Origin: Octopus sinensis
Lineage: Eukaryota
DNA: 64,000 bases
Direction: 5' to 3'
NCBI RefSeq assembly: GCF_006345805.1
Contig: NC_043023.1
Coordinates: 4,340,001 to 4,404,000, forward strand
Within the stretch, counting starts at the first letter, position 1. The number at the start of each line of letters is the position of its first letter. The notes beneath the pieces are model-generated. The model ran no database searches. It had not been told where the DNA came from and saw only the letters and a program-made list of their open reading frames with translations. Positions 36,561 through 49,324 of this stretch are shown here, piece by piece. A program made the position numbers and the translations under genes.

Positions 36561-38112
36561 GGCATAAAGAAAGAAAATATATACATATATATATATGCAT
36601 ACACACATGTGTTACAGCTTCTTAATCTCTACCCTCCTGCGAGTGTATGTTTTACCATTTACTATCGAGTTTTCTGTAGCATTGTATATCACCAGAGAGT
36701 ACACTTCTTTTTCATCTCCTCTATGAGATGCAGCATCTTTAGGTCAGCTTCCACCACTTCATTCTAACTAAGTCTTCCTTGGTCTCTTTCTCATACTCAG
36801 TTTTTCTCTCAACTCTACTCTGGTACTCTTTTACATATCTTCAGTGCAAACTAGTTTCGGTTCTTCCCAGTCCTCACAAATCTGCATTCTTGGCTCAAGT
36901 CTCGCTTACCATGCAGCTTTGCAGTTCTAACACAAACATCATTCAATCTACCTTACACTCTGAAGGAAAAGACTTTTGTCACCAGCAGCAATAACACTGT
37001 GTAACATGAGTTTTGTCCTTTATTCCTTGTTGCTTACCCTTAGAAAGTATGAAAAAGGGATAATATTTCCTTCAAAACTTAGCTTCTGTTACAATATTTA
37101 TCCAAGCCCCAAAGAATCCCTCTCAACACATGGCTATGATGCTCTCCCACTATTCCTACTTATTATCAGAGATGCACATATCATCAGCCACCAAGAGACA
37201 TGCTCAAGTGATTAAAGTCAAGCAACTGACAAGCAAATCTGTGGTACTGAGCAGAATATTTGCTATAACAATATTTCTCCTTCAGTAACTCAGTGCTGAA
37301 TCTGTGTGAAATGTAATGGAGAATAGGTGAGTTTCAAAACATTGATGTATCATTGACAAAAGTAAAATTTGAAGGGAATAGAAATCATTTCCTCTGATTT
37401 CAAGACAGAAGCAAATAAGCAATAACAATTACTGGCCAAATCCCCTTCCCCAAATTGATATTTTGTCACACTGTGTAATAACTCACTGAGCTTTTTCTAA
37501 GCCATTCTTACCCAAGCTACTATATTTTCAGAGCAACCACCTCCTGTGAATATCAGATGACAGAAGCTATTAACTACTTCTTGTGAGCCATCTGGACATT
37601 TAAATGTATTTATTTCCAGTGTGTTCTTAGTGCAGATAGTTTCAGTACATCTGTTACATACAAAGCTTTCCTTTGTTGTTAGTCTTCCTGTGATTACATT
37701 ACACCTTTTGGATGTCTATTAGCTTACAATCTATGGTGTTTCCACCAACTCCTTTTCTGCATTTTTTTTTTTTAAAGTTTCAGCTCAGAGCTGTGGCCAT
37801 GCTGATGCACCACCGTTATTGAGCAAGATCATTTCCCTGTCTTCTTTCCTCTCTCCTAATATTTGTCTCTCCATCTCTGTCACAGAACAGAGTTTATGTG
37901 GTGTGCTGCTTTATACCTTTTCTTGCTCTTCATTGAAATCTTTTCTTCTTTAAGTCTCTTTCTTTCCTTCCTCTTCCATCAATTGCATCTATTTTGTGTT
38001 TCCTTTTTAAAATATATCCTTTTTTTTTACCAATTTATCCCCTTCTCTTTCTTTCCCTTTTCCACTCTCTGTCACTCTAAGACTATCAACACCTTTTCAC
38101 TCTCCTGTGATA

Positions 38113-38159
<47 letters not shown>

Positions 38160-38480
38160 CCACCAATCATAGCTTGGTAACAGTTTAAGTAAAAGATTTG
38201 GTTAATATACTGCAATTGATATATGAGCAAATTTTAATTAAGTGAGAAGACAAATTCTATGAATGTGTTTTGAAATTATGGTAAAATGTTGTCTCTCTAT
38301 ATATATAGGATGGGCTTCTTTCAGTTTCTGTCTACCAAATCCACTCACAATGCTTTGGTCGGCCTGAGGCTATAGTGGAAGACACTTGCCCAAGGGGCCA
38401 TGCAGTGGGACTGAACCTGGAACCATGTGGTTTGTAAGCAAGCTACTTACCACACAGCCACTTTTGCACCTATATATATA

Positions 38481-39600
38481 TATTGGGTCACCCCATAAAT
38501 AATGTGTTTTTTTTATACTTCTTTTATTTTTCAAAATTAAGATATGCTCTTCCATCTATCTGGTAGACTTGCAAGGCCCCTCTTTTAAAATTCCCTTTGC
38601 CATGATGAAAAATACTCCTCCAGTACTGTTCTGACCTCATCTACAGAATTCATATTTTTTTCTATCCAAATGACTTTGAAGACAGCAGAATAAATGATAA
38701 TCAGATGGGGCAATATCTGGCAAATATGGTGGGTGGGGCATTGTTACCCATTCAAACTGTTCCAGTGTTTGGAATGTCATCCTTGCTGTATGTGGTCGAG
38801 CATTATCCTCTTAGAAGAACACTTTTCATCTTGAAACCAAAGCTGGTCGTTTTACTTCTATTATTGACTTAAGCCACTCAAGCTGCTCACAGCAGATCTC
38901 CTTTGTTATCATTTGGTTTGGGTTTAAAAGTTCAAAGTGGATTAAGCCTTTCATATCCCACGAAAAAGATAACAACATCTTACGTGGGTGAAGACCTTCT
39001 TTAGCCTGGGGTGCTGGTGTTTCTCCTTTCCCTACCCACTGTCTTCGGCACTTGACATTTTTATAAAGAATCCATTTCATGTCACCAGTTCCTATTTGGT
39101 CCCAAAAAAGGTTCATTCATGAGACATGACTGCAAAGAAGAGAACACATTCACTCTCTGCGATTAAACTCGGAAAGTTTGTGAGGAAGCCATTGATCCAA
39201 TTTTCTGATTTTTCCTATGGCATGCAGGTGTTGAATGGTTGAATGACTAAATCCAAGCTTCTTTGCTAGTTCCTCAACAGTTACAATGAGATTTTGTTCC
39301 ACTAGGATTTGCAGGACATCCTCATTGAGTTCTATAGATCTTCCACGATGAGGCTTGTCTTCTAGGCTGTAGTTTCTAGCTCGGAATTTCTGGAACCACT
39401 GTTGACACTGGCTTACGCTTATTGTCCGATCCCCATATACTGCATTAATATTCCTCACACTTTCCATTGTGTTGTTGCCTTTATTGAACTCATAAAGCAA
39501 AATATGCCGAATATGCTCCTTTGTCACTTCCATTATAGCTTTGAAAAAATAACTGTCACAATGAACTGCACTCTTCAAAACTTGGACTAAGAATAAAACA
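38481..39600 (-). mobile_element. Mariner (DD34D-type) transposon, disabled
   Basis: Reads EHIRHILLYEF..QQWFQKFR..SLEDKPHRGR..WLPHKL and IGTGDMKWILY..EGLHPRKMLLS..MKGLIHFELL. A TIR-like tattgggtcaccccataa is at 38481; the opposite TIR was not identified. Confidence 0.88.
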
Positions 39601-40309
39601 AGGTAAAATTACTACCTACTTTTATAGCAAGTGTGTGTGTATATTGGTAATTTGCTGTGCTTGAGAAGACACGTCAAACTAAGTGAACTTGTTGGCATGG
39701 CCAGTACTGATGACACGTAAAAAGCACCCATGCCACTGATACATATAAGACACCTGTGCTGATACACATAAAAGGCACCTGTACCAGTGACACATAAAAG
39801 ACACCTGTACTGACAGCATGTAATAGGTACCTGTGCCTGCTGGTGACATGCAAAAGACACCCAGTACACTCTGTGGATTGGTTAGGAAGGGCATCCAGCC
39901 ATAAGAAATCACACCAAAACAAACAATTGGAGCCTGGTGCAGCTCTCCAGCTTACCATCCCCAGTCAAGCTATTTTACTCATGCCAGCATGGAGAATGGA
40001 CATTAACTGATGGTGATGGTTATTCCTTGGTTTTGCATCCACAGAGGCCTTAACTTTGTGAATGACTTTTCAGACTCTAAAACTGAAGACAAATGTAACT
40101 GTTCACCCCCGGGAGGCAGGAATCCATTACAGTCATTTGGTCAGTAGTCATAAAAGAATAAATAGTCTGGGGTCAGTGAGGAGTGGGTATCTGCCTTAGA
40201 CCAGTTTTTTGTGGGTTGAAAGGGAGAATAAGGATTTATCATTTGGGCTGCCTTTGGATCATAAGAACCCTTCCAGGTCTGCTCAGAGAATAGGGAATTC
40301 CATGCTTGC

Positions 40310-41800
40310 AGCATGTAGCATTTGGAATGGATGCAAAGACTATAAATCTCTTGGTGAGCATTCAGTGATCCAGGTTTCTGGGAGTCTTTGAGTATCCTTG
40401 CTCACTCAATAATACAAAGCTTGTAGTGTTTGCTTCCATTAATGTAGGCTTCTCTTAGATCTTCCACTTTATATTATATGGGGTCCCTTCATCTTTAAGG
40501 CACTACATGTGGCTGGCCAGGGATCATGAATGAGGACCTATGGCTATCCCAGATGATGCTTAGGTGTTAGCTGTGCTCACATTACTGGCACGTCTTCGGT
40601 TGGCTCCAAGTCTGGCGGTCTTATTGTTGCTGGGGCTGCCATTATCATTACAAGGCATGGGTTCAGTGATATTGCTGTGGCTGTTGCCGTTGTGGTGGCT
40701 ACCCCTGGCCATGGTGCTACTTTCACTACTAGTGATGTGGGTGCTGTCATTAGTAATATTGGCCATGGGGCCAGTGGCCTTGCTGGTACTGTGGTTGTCA
40801 GCATGGTCATCCTCTCTGTCTGTAGTGCTGGTGCTGGGGTCATTGGCACTGGAGCTTGTGCTGGGGTCATTGGTGTCAGTGCTAGTGTTTCTACTGCTGT
40901 TGCCAATACCATTTGGATTATCCCTTATTACAATTACTATGGTTGCAAGGTCTGGGTATTGCTACAGCTTCATAGATGAAACCCTTGACCTTGCATTAGC
41001 CCCCTACTGGACAGTCATTCTACACCCTGCAAGAGCAACCAGCCACCTCCTGTGTTTTATGGGTATTAGCTGATATACTTTTAATGTTGGGTGCACAAAA
41101 GGGACCCTTAGATTGTGCCTATTGAACAAACACCCATCTCTGTGTGTCTGCATGAAGTGTTTGCCTACTAATATGAGGAATATTCTTCCCATGTAATTCT
41201 TGACATTGAGTGAGAAGGGTAGGGTAAATCAAGTGATGTTCCAGCAGCACTTCCTTTTGTAGTTGCTAGGGGCTGGAATGTAGGAGATGCAGCCCTTAAA
41301 ATTACTGGATGTCAGTGCCTCATTGTAGTAAGAGGCATTGTCTTCAAAACTTTCTTGACTTGATAGATCCAAGATTCTCTTGCTGACACCTTTCACTAGA
41401 TTCTTGAACATGATAGGGAGTGGCCTCTCATTTGGCTTGTGATTCCTGCCTCTCAGAGGTGAAGACTTACATTTGTCTTCAGTTGTTGAGTTATTCATGA
41501 GGTTAAGGCCTCTGTGGATGCAAAACCATTGGTCACTCTACCACTGGACAACAGCTTGACCACTTATATAATTTAATACACACAGTATAAATATAAGAGC
41601 TAATAATAGTTTCTTGCTGTGAAGATATGTGGCTTGGCAGGTTTTTATAACATACCTTGTGTCTCCAAGCAATCCCTAGGCTCTGAGCACATGGTTTGTT
41701 CTGTTTGAAAATCAGGATTCTGGTACATGAGAAATCATGAGAAAAAATGAGAAGAAGGTTGATGCAAAAAGAGGCAGGGTGAATATTGACCATACTAATT
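40310..41800 (-). mobile_element. Penelope-like element fragment (RT thumb to GIY-YIG) with a low-complexity insertion
   Basis: Reads PIMFKNLVKGVSKRI..YYNEAL..WNITxFTLPFSLNVK..IGRIFL, CPVGG*CKVKGFIYEAV, and LKDEG..GSKHYKLCIIE..LNAHQEIYSLCIH. Confidence 0.8.
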
Positions 41801-42891
41801 TTTCTTTTGGATCTTTACCTTCTGAGTTCCAATTTTGCCAAGGTCAATTTTACATTTCATCCTTTCAGATTAATAAAATAAGTACCAGTTAAGTACTTGA
41901 GTCAATATAATAAACCTTTCCACATTCCCCAAGATTTCTAGCCTTGTGCCTAAATTAGAAACCATTAAGGCAGAGAACTGGCAGAATCCTTAGCATGTTG
42001 CACAAAACACTTGGTGGCTTTACTCCCAGCTTTATGCCCTGAGTTCAATTACTGGTGAGGTAAATGCTGCTCTTCATCCTTTCTGGGTTGATAAAATGAA
42101 GTGCCAATTGAAAACTAGAGTTGATGTAATTGATCAGCCCCTCCTCACGAAACTTCAGGTTTTGAGTCAATAGTAGAAAGAATTATTTTAAAGGTGGTCA
42201 GCTGGCAGAATTGTCATCGTCATCATCATCATCCTTTAGTGTCCATTTTCCATGTTGGCATGGACGGCTTGACAGGGACTGGTAAGGCTTGGAGCTGTAC
42301 CATGTTCCATAGCTTGGTTTTTACAGCTGGATGCCCTTCCTAATGCCAACCACTATACAAATTGTACCAGGTACTTTTTATGTGACACCATTACCAGTGC
42401 TTTTCAAATGGTACAATCACCAGTGCTGTTTCCATGAAACCATCACCCACACAGATGCTTTTTATGAGGCACCTTGGTTTTAGGATCTCAATTCTGTTGG
42501 GGAGAGGGAAAGTCTTCTTCAGTCCAGCAATGTACCACCTATGTCACTCCTCTGTCATCTCGTGGTTTTTCTTCTCATTTTATGCTCCAAGTTCAAATGT
42601 CATTGAGGTTGATGTTGCCTCTTATCCTTTCAGGGTTGATGAAATAAAATGCCAGTTGAAAAGTGGGGTTGATGTTATCAACTCATCCCAGCTCCTCTAC
42701 ATAAAATTCCAGTCCAGGAATTGAAATCACAATCTTACAATCATCAGTGCTACACTCTAACCACAAATCCACACTCACACAGATGTGCATGTATCCAGCA
42801 GGCATCTGCACCCAAAGGAATCATGTCAGTGCCTGTTGTAGCTGTACAGGCTCATACGGGAGTGGCAGTCGTTCATACAGCAACTGCAGTG

Positions 42892-43075
42892 GAGGCGCAA
42901 TGGCCCAGTGGTTAGGGCAGTGGACTCGTGGTCAGAGGATCATGGTTTTGATTCCCAGACCGGGCGTTGTGTGTGTTTATTGAGTGAAAACACCTAAAGC
43001 TCCACGAGGCTCTGCCAGGGGGTGGTGGCAACCCCTGTTGTACTCTTTTGTTCCAACTTTCTCTCACTCTTTCTT
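42892..43075 (+). mobile_element. tRNA-derived SINE, second family (also 50085-50365 minus)
   Basis: Head ggcgcaatggcccagtggttagggcag, with a B-box GTTTTGATTCC (GTTTCGATTCC in the minus copy), and a shared body aaaacacctaaag... Confidence 0.85.
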
Positions 43076-43269
43076 TCTGTTTCTTGTCCCCGACTTCCTA
43101 TGCAACCGCTGAGCCTGGATGTGCATTCATCCATCCGTTGATGCTCTCGCTGTCGAGGATTGACCTGCTTTCTCTTCTGCGGGTTTTACATTTTGGACTT
43201 CTCTCACTACAGACAATCCTGAACGCGCTATCTTGCGAGCTCTGGGATGAAGACCACTTTACTTAACAA

Positions 43270-44665
43270 ACAAACAGCGACTGCATTTGAAAGAGCTCTC
43301 TACTGGCATTACTGGTTTTTCCTTCCATCAAATGCGCTTTTCTTTGGTGGTGAGTCCCTGATTTTCTTCATCTCCTTTTGCAGTATTTGCCTCCAGTGTG
43401 GGCAATCATTTGCAACTTCCTCCAATCTCAGGACATCCAGATCAAATGACTTCATATCTCTCTCTTACAGACATCTTTGAAATGAAGATGAGGTTGTCCT
43501 TGTGTTCTTCTGCTGGTTTCCAATTCCCCATACAGGAGGTCTTTTGGGATCCTTCTGTCTGGCATGCGATGGACATGACTGAGCAGGCGCAAATGATGCT
43601 GCTGGAGCAGGGTAAGTATGTTGGGCATCTTGGCTTGGTTAAGGACTTTGGTGTTGGTGATGTGGTCGGTCTACATGGTAGCCAAGATGTGTCTCAAATT
43701 ACGAAGGTGAAAGACATTGAGATGCTGCTCCTGTCTAGAGTAGTGGCTCACTGCTATAAAGTATCATACTAAGGATGCACACCTTATAGACAGAAATCTT
43801 GCTGTTAGCAACCGGTTTTTTGTTTTCCCAGACTCTCTTTGTGAGTTTCACAAATGTAGGGGATGCTTGTCGGAGTCACCTGTTGATCTCAGGGTCCAGG
43901 GAGAGATCATCAGCGATGGAAGAGCTGAGGTAGGTGATTTCATGGACCTACCTCCAGCTTGTAGTTGTTGATGGTGAAGGTGCGGGTGGGCTGCTTGACA
44001 CTTTGGCCCATTACTTTGGTCTTCTTCAGACTAAATTCCTGACAGGCTTTTGAGTGTTTGTCCACAAGGTGCTACATTTGCTCTTCAGTGTGTGCTGTGT
44101 CATCCACAAACAGCATTTCTTTGATGAGTACCTGGGGTGCACCCCACATTTTGCTTTGAGCCACACCAGACTAAACAGTTTTCTGCTTGATATGGTGCGG
44201 GGGTAATCACCATCAGTTCATGTCCCAAATGCATGTTTCAGTATGACTGCAAAAAGATGCCAAACAGGGTGGGGGCAAGCACACAGCTTTGTTGAATGTC
44301 TCCAAAAAAGGGCCATCAAATTGAATGACACCTTTCATGTCCACATGAAATGATTGGACAATCCTGAGGAGCCTTGGAGGACAACCAATCTGGCAAGGAT
44401 TTTGAACAGGCTGTCTCTACTAACTAGGTCAAAAGCCTTTGTGAGATCAATGAAGGTGATAAAGAGTGGCTGTCTTTGCACTCTGCACTTTTCTGTAGCT
44501 GTCGAAGAGAGATTGTGTCGATGGTGGAGCATTTAGATCTGAAATCACACTGAGATTCTGGGTATATCCTCTCAGTAATTTTCTGTAGCCTGTTTAGGGC
44601 CATGTAGGCAAAGACCTTCCCAACAATGCTTAACAGCGAGATACATGCATCATTGGGGTATACTA
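43270..44665 (-). mobile_element. RTE (BovB-like) LINE fragment, disabled
   Basis: Reads ISLLSIVGKVF..LNRL..YPESQCDFR, FIDLTKAFDLVSR and HVHRMPDRRIPKDLLYGEL. Confidence 0.88.
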
Positions 44666-44974
44666 GCAAATTTATGTCTAGTCATAGACTGGTGATTCAG
44701 TTCAGCCCTTGTTCAATTCAGATATGTGATGTTGATAAGCCACAAAAATAGCAAAATATCGGTAACCATCACCCCTGAATGGAATTTCAGGTGAGTTGTT
44801 TCACCTGTCTATGTCTTTCAGGTGTTTTAACACCCAGTGCTTTGAGGGAGTCTTCCCTACTATGTAAAACCCTCACATACCAGTGAACAAGCAAAACACA
44901 CACATTAAGTATGTGCAGTTGATAATGTATACAACACAAACGCTGCTTCTAATTCATAATTGAATATATATATA

Positions 44975-45287
44975 TACTCTTTTACTTGTTTCAGTCATTT
45001 GATTGTGGCCCTGCTGGAGCACCGCCTTTAGTCGAGCAAATTGACCCCAGAAGTTATTCTTTGTAAGCCTAGTACTTATTCTATTAGTCTCTTTTGCCGA
45101 ACTGCTAAGTTACAGGGAAGTAAACACACCAGCATCGGTTATCAAGCGATGTTGGGGGGACAAACATAGACACACACACACATACATATATTTATGACAG
45201 GCTTCTTTCAGTTTCTGTCTACCAAATCTACTCACAAAGCTTTGGTCGGCCCGAGGCTAGAGTAGAAGACACTCGCCCAAAGTGCCA
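44975..45287 (-). mobile_element. 5'-truncated dominant-family SINE
   Basis: Matches the 3' three-quarters of the copy at 21016-21431. Confidence 0.85.
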
Positions 45288-47147
45288 TATATATATATAT
45301 ACACACACACATAGCTGTAGTTAGTGAACCATTATCCATTTGTTATTTACCTTACTCAGTACCTGCAATTCTGAGCATGGATCTGGAGTCTACTGAGTGC
45401 ATTACAATTGGTGGTGTTTTTGTACCAAGATAGTCTTGAGATTTGTGCTATATTCAGTTGTATGCTCCTGATGTAACATGCAATTTGAATATAAATCTAT
45501 CTTTACGTTGTGATGTATGTTTTGTACATGATACTGATCTCATTGACCCAACCTTGGTGCTTTACTATTTAAAGACCCAATTTGCATGAATCCTAAATGT
45601 TTATATATAGCTATCTATATATATATATGTTTGTAGATGGATAGATAAATAGACACATAGTCAGTCAATCCACTCACAAGGCTTTGGTCGGCCCACTGCT
45701 GTAGTAGAAGATACTTGCCCAAGGTGTCATAAAGTGGGACTGAACCCAGAACCATGTGGTTTGTAAACAAGCTACTTACCATGCAGCCACTTATATATAT
45801 ATATGTAAACGGCAAAATGTCTGTGTATCTGTGTGTCCTTTATACAAATCCAGTTTTTCATGTAAAAGCCTCGCATTTTCTATGGGCTTTCAAAACTGTC
45901 TGAGGGTGGTTGTGAAGATCTTTTCATTTCCCTAGTCACATCAGAAAGCCATTAAAAAAAATCGATAAACTGACCCCTTATGCCCATAAGTTAAGGGCAT
46001 ATCCATTCAAAATCGCCAAAACAGAAATTTGTACACAGTGCGTGCGTAGAGCTAGATACGCCAATAGACTACCAGCTGTTTATTGATTGGACAGAGATAA
46101 TTTAACCCTTGACAGTTGAATGCACGTGTGCATTTGCAGACAGTTTGTATGACTCAGCACAGACGCGTTATCATGTGTTTTGGCTTTCAAACATGCACGC
46201 TTTTTTGATTTGAGAAATGCAGGGAATAATTAACAAGTTAGGGTCTCCAAAGCTACATTCTTCAATGGCTTTTAATACAATGCAGTTGTCCTCCTCCGAA
46301 ACAAACCCGCCATGCACATCTCCACAGCCATGTCATTTAGAACCCCTAGGATGGGTTAGTGATAGATCGGGATTAGAAGCTACTGTAAGGTCAGTCTAGG
46401 TTTCAGTTGAAGGCTTAGTTGTGTTCCAAACCTAACCTCCTCCATGTCAGTGGATCGGGAGCCTAATTAGCCTTCTGGTGAAAAGGCATACCTATTATTT
46501 ATACCTTAGTTAAGCTTGATGTCTTACATGCTTCTATGCGTCATGAACCTATAACTATTGACCTTACTGCGTTACTTGCTTCAATGCATCATACTCATAA
46601 AATCACTTTGAATGCTGTTTTTTGGGCTCTAATTGCTCTGCCTTTTCGCCGGAATCAGCACTTTTCTTCCCACCTTTGCTATTCACTCATAGGACCAGGG
46701 GTTAGGTGAGAGGGGTGGTGGTGTCAAAAGGGCTGGCATGTGCAACTTGATCACCTCTGCCAGTCAAACTCCCAACCTATGCGTTCCCGTTGCGACACTG
46801 ATTGTGCAGAACTGGGTTGGGTGTGAAACCAAAACTCAGCAAACGAGATTTATGCGTTTTTTCAAAATCATGCTATTTTGCGGCCAAATTCGAGTTTTGC
46901 GCTTTCTTCTGCCTCCTTTTTTGTCCGACTAATGGCATGTGCACAGTCCTGCTAATTTTCCATGATTATGCCATTCCAAGTGTGAAAACCAAAGTCCAAT
47001 GAATATTGATTACTCTCATAAAAAGCTCCAACTAGCTCATAAACAACAAAACTGGCCCTGGCTGAAATGTGATAAGAAACTTAGCTCTTGATTTAGTGAG
47101 AAACTTTTACTGTGACCCGGCAATGAACATCAAGCACTAGCACTAGA

Positions 47148-47175
47148 CCTGGCAACGCCGGGTTATAGTGCTGGT
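47148..47175 (+). mobile_element. Possible Helitron 3' terminus
   Basis: Hairpin cctggcaacgccggg followed 8 nt later by CTGG-T (CTRR consensus). The 5' end was not defined. Confidence 0.4.
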
Positions 47176-48936
47176 ACTACATAAATAATATTTTTATAAA
47201 CAAACTTGAAAGGCTTTGCAAGTTACAGAGAGAAAGCTACTATGGAAAGCTCATAGTATATATATACAGTTATTTTATATATATACATATATATATATAC
47301 ATATACACAATATATATATATATATACATACACACACACATACATAGCTGTAGTTAGTGAACCACTATCCATTTATTATTTACCTTACTCGATACCTGCA
47401 ATTCCTGACCGAGCTACGTGTTGTGTTCTTGAGTAAGACACTTTATTTTACGTTGCTCCAGTTCATTCATCTGTAGAAATAAGTTGCGACATCACAGGTG
47501 CCAAGTTGTATCGGCCCCTTTGCCTTTCCCTTGGATAACATTGATAGCATGGGGAGGGGAGGCCATGCATGGGCAAGTGCTGGTCTTCCATAAACAATCT
47601 TGCCCAGAGTTGTACATGGGAGGGTAACTTTCTAGGTGCAATCCCATGGTCAGTCAAGAGGTCTCAGCAGTTAGTCAAACAGACAGCTAGCTAGGTAGAT
47701 AGACAGACAGCAAGGCAGACCTTCTTCTTGTTCTTTGTCACATCACCTGTGGATACTGAATCCTACTAGAGAGCAGATTATGTATTTCATCTTTGCTTTT
47801 ATGGCTGTGGTCTTGGACCAGCTGCATGGTCTGTAAGCTCACATCCAGGATGTTTTCATGAGACCCCACTAGAGTGGGTGGCCACTGATTCACAATAAGC
47901 TTCTCATTAATAGCTGTTTAAACAGTTCCATATTCAACCCACATGATTCTCCTTATAGCTGTTTTTACAATGTACTCAACCCATCATGATTCTCCTAATA
48001 GCTATTTTCACAGATCTATACTCAACCCAGAGATGGATGAAGAATCAACATGGCCACAAGACTATGCATTGATGTGAAAAATCAGACTATTGAATTTTTA
48101 CTGAAGATCTCTGGCACATGTAAAACACGATGTTCATATAAGATCGATTCTGTCTCTCTTTCATGAATGCCTTGTAATAGCATAGCAATAAATGATGTAT
48201 ATAAATTGACAAGTCTTTTGTCATAACCACACTACAAGCTCTTTGTCCTTTGATAGGTCCCGTTTTCAATGCTGCAGAATGTTCACACCACTGGGTTACA
48301 TGGTACCAGTAGTAGGGGTTTCCAGACATGACCCAAAGATAGACAGAAAGTAGAGACCAAGATTAGACAAGCAGGACAGATAGACACACATATATACATC
48401 ATAGGCAATTCAAGGTCATCAGTATCACTCGGGCTCAGATTTTGTATAAGACACATGCCTGCTTGAAGAATTTCATGATTTTCCACAATATTTCTAGCCC
48501 CAAATGGCTTATTTTTTATATTTAGCACTATGTCTTTCTCCAATTCTAAGTTCAGCAACCCTGCAAAACACAACTGATCTTTACACACAGATGTGCAGAA
48601 TAACAGTGTAAAAACTAACATTTCTTTTTTCCGAGGTGAGATTTGAAACTGAATCTAAGGATTCTTGCTCGTCTAATCCACCACTGAGCAAACAGGCGCG
48701 AAAGAGATTTCTGTCCTGTAAAAAAACAATGGATTGTTTCCCTTTGACCCCAGCTGTGTCATTTAAGGTTCAACTGGACAGGAGGCGACCTACATAGGTA
48801 GGAATTTCTCCTGTCTGTCATGACCATTATAAATACAGCAATCCATCAAGGGACAGTCAGTCAGAGATAGACAGAAAGTACCAGTTAAACAGGCAACACA
48901 GATTCAGATATTCAAAATGAACAACAGTCATAGTCA

Positions 48937-49324
48937 CAGGAGTGGCTGTGTGGTAAGTAGCTTGTCTACCAGCCACATGGTTCCGGGTTCAGTCCCACTG
49001 CGTGGCACCTTGGGCAAGTGTCTTCTACTATAGCCTCGGGCTATAGTAGAAGACTATGTGAGTGGATTTGGTAGACGGAAACTGAAAGAAGCCCGTCGTA
49101 TATATGTATATATATATGCGTGTGTGTGTCTGTGTTTGTCCCCTAGCATTGCTTGACAACCGATGCTGGTGTGTTTATGTCCCCGTTACTTAGCGGTTCG
49201 GCAAAAGAGACCGTTAGAATAAGTACTGGGCTTACAAAAGAATAAGTCCCGGGGTCGAGTTGCTCGATTAAAGGCGGTGCTCCAGCATGGCCGCAGTCAA
49301 ATGACTGAAACAAGTAAATGAGTA
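48937..49324 (+). mobile_element. Near full-length dominant-family SINE
   Basis: Co-linear with the reverse complement of 21016-21431. Confidence 0.9.

Noticed and set aside
40564-41073. 169-aa Leu-rich, membrane-protein-like ORF
   Set aside because: It is the antisense reading of the S/T/N/D-rich insert inside the PLE fragment.
42892-42970. Functional tRNA genes at SINE heads (also 16916, 23345, 48937, 50290-50365)
   Set aside because: They have no complete cloverleaf and each continues into a shared SINE body.
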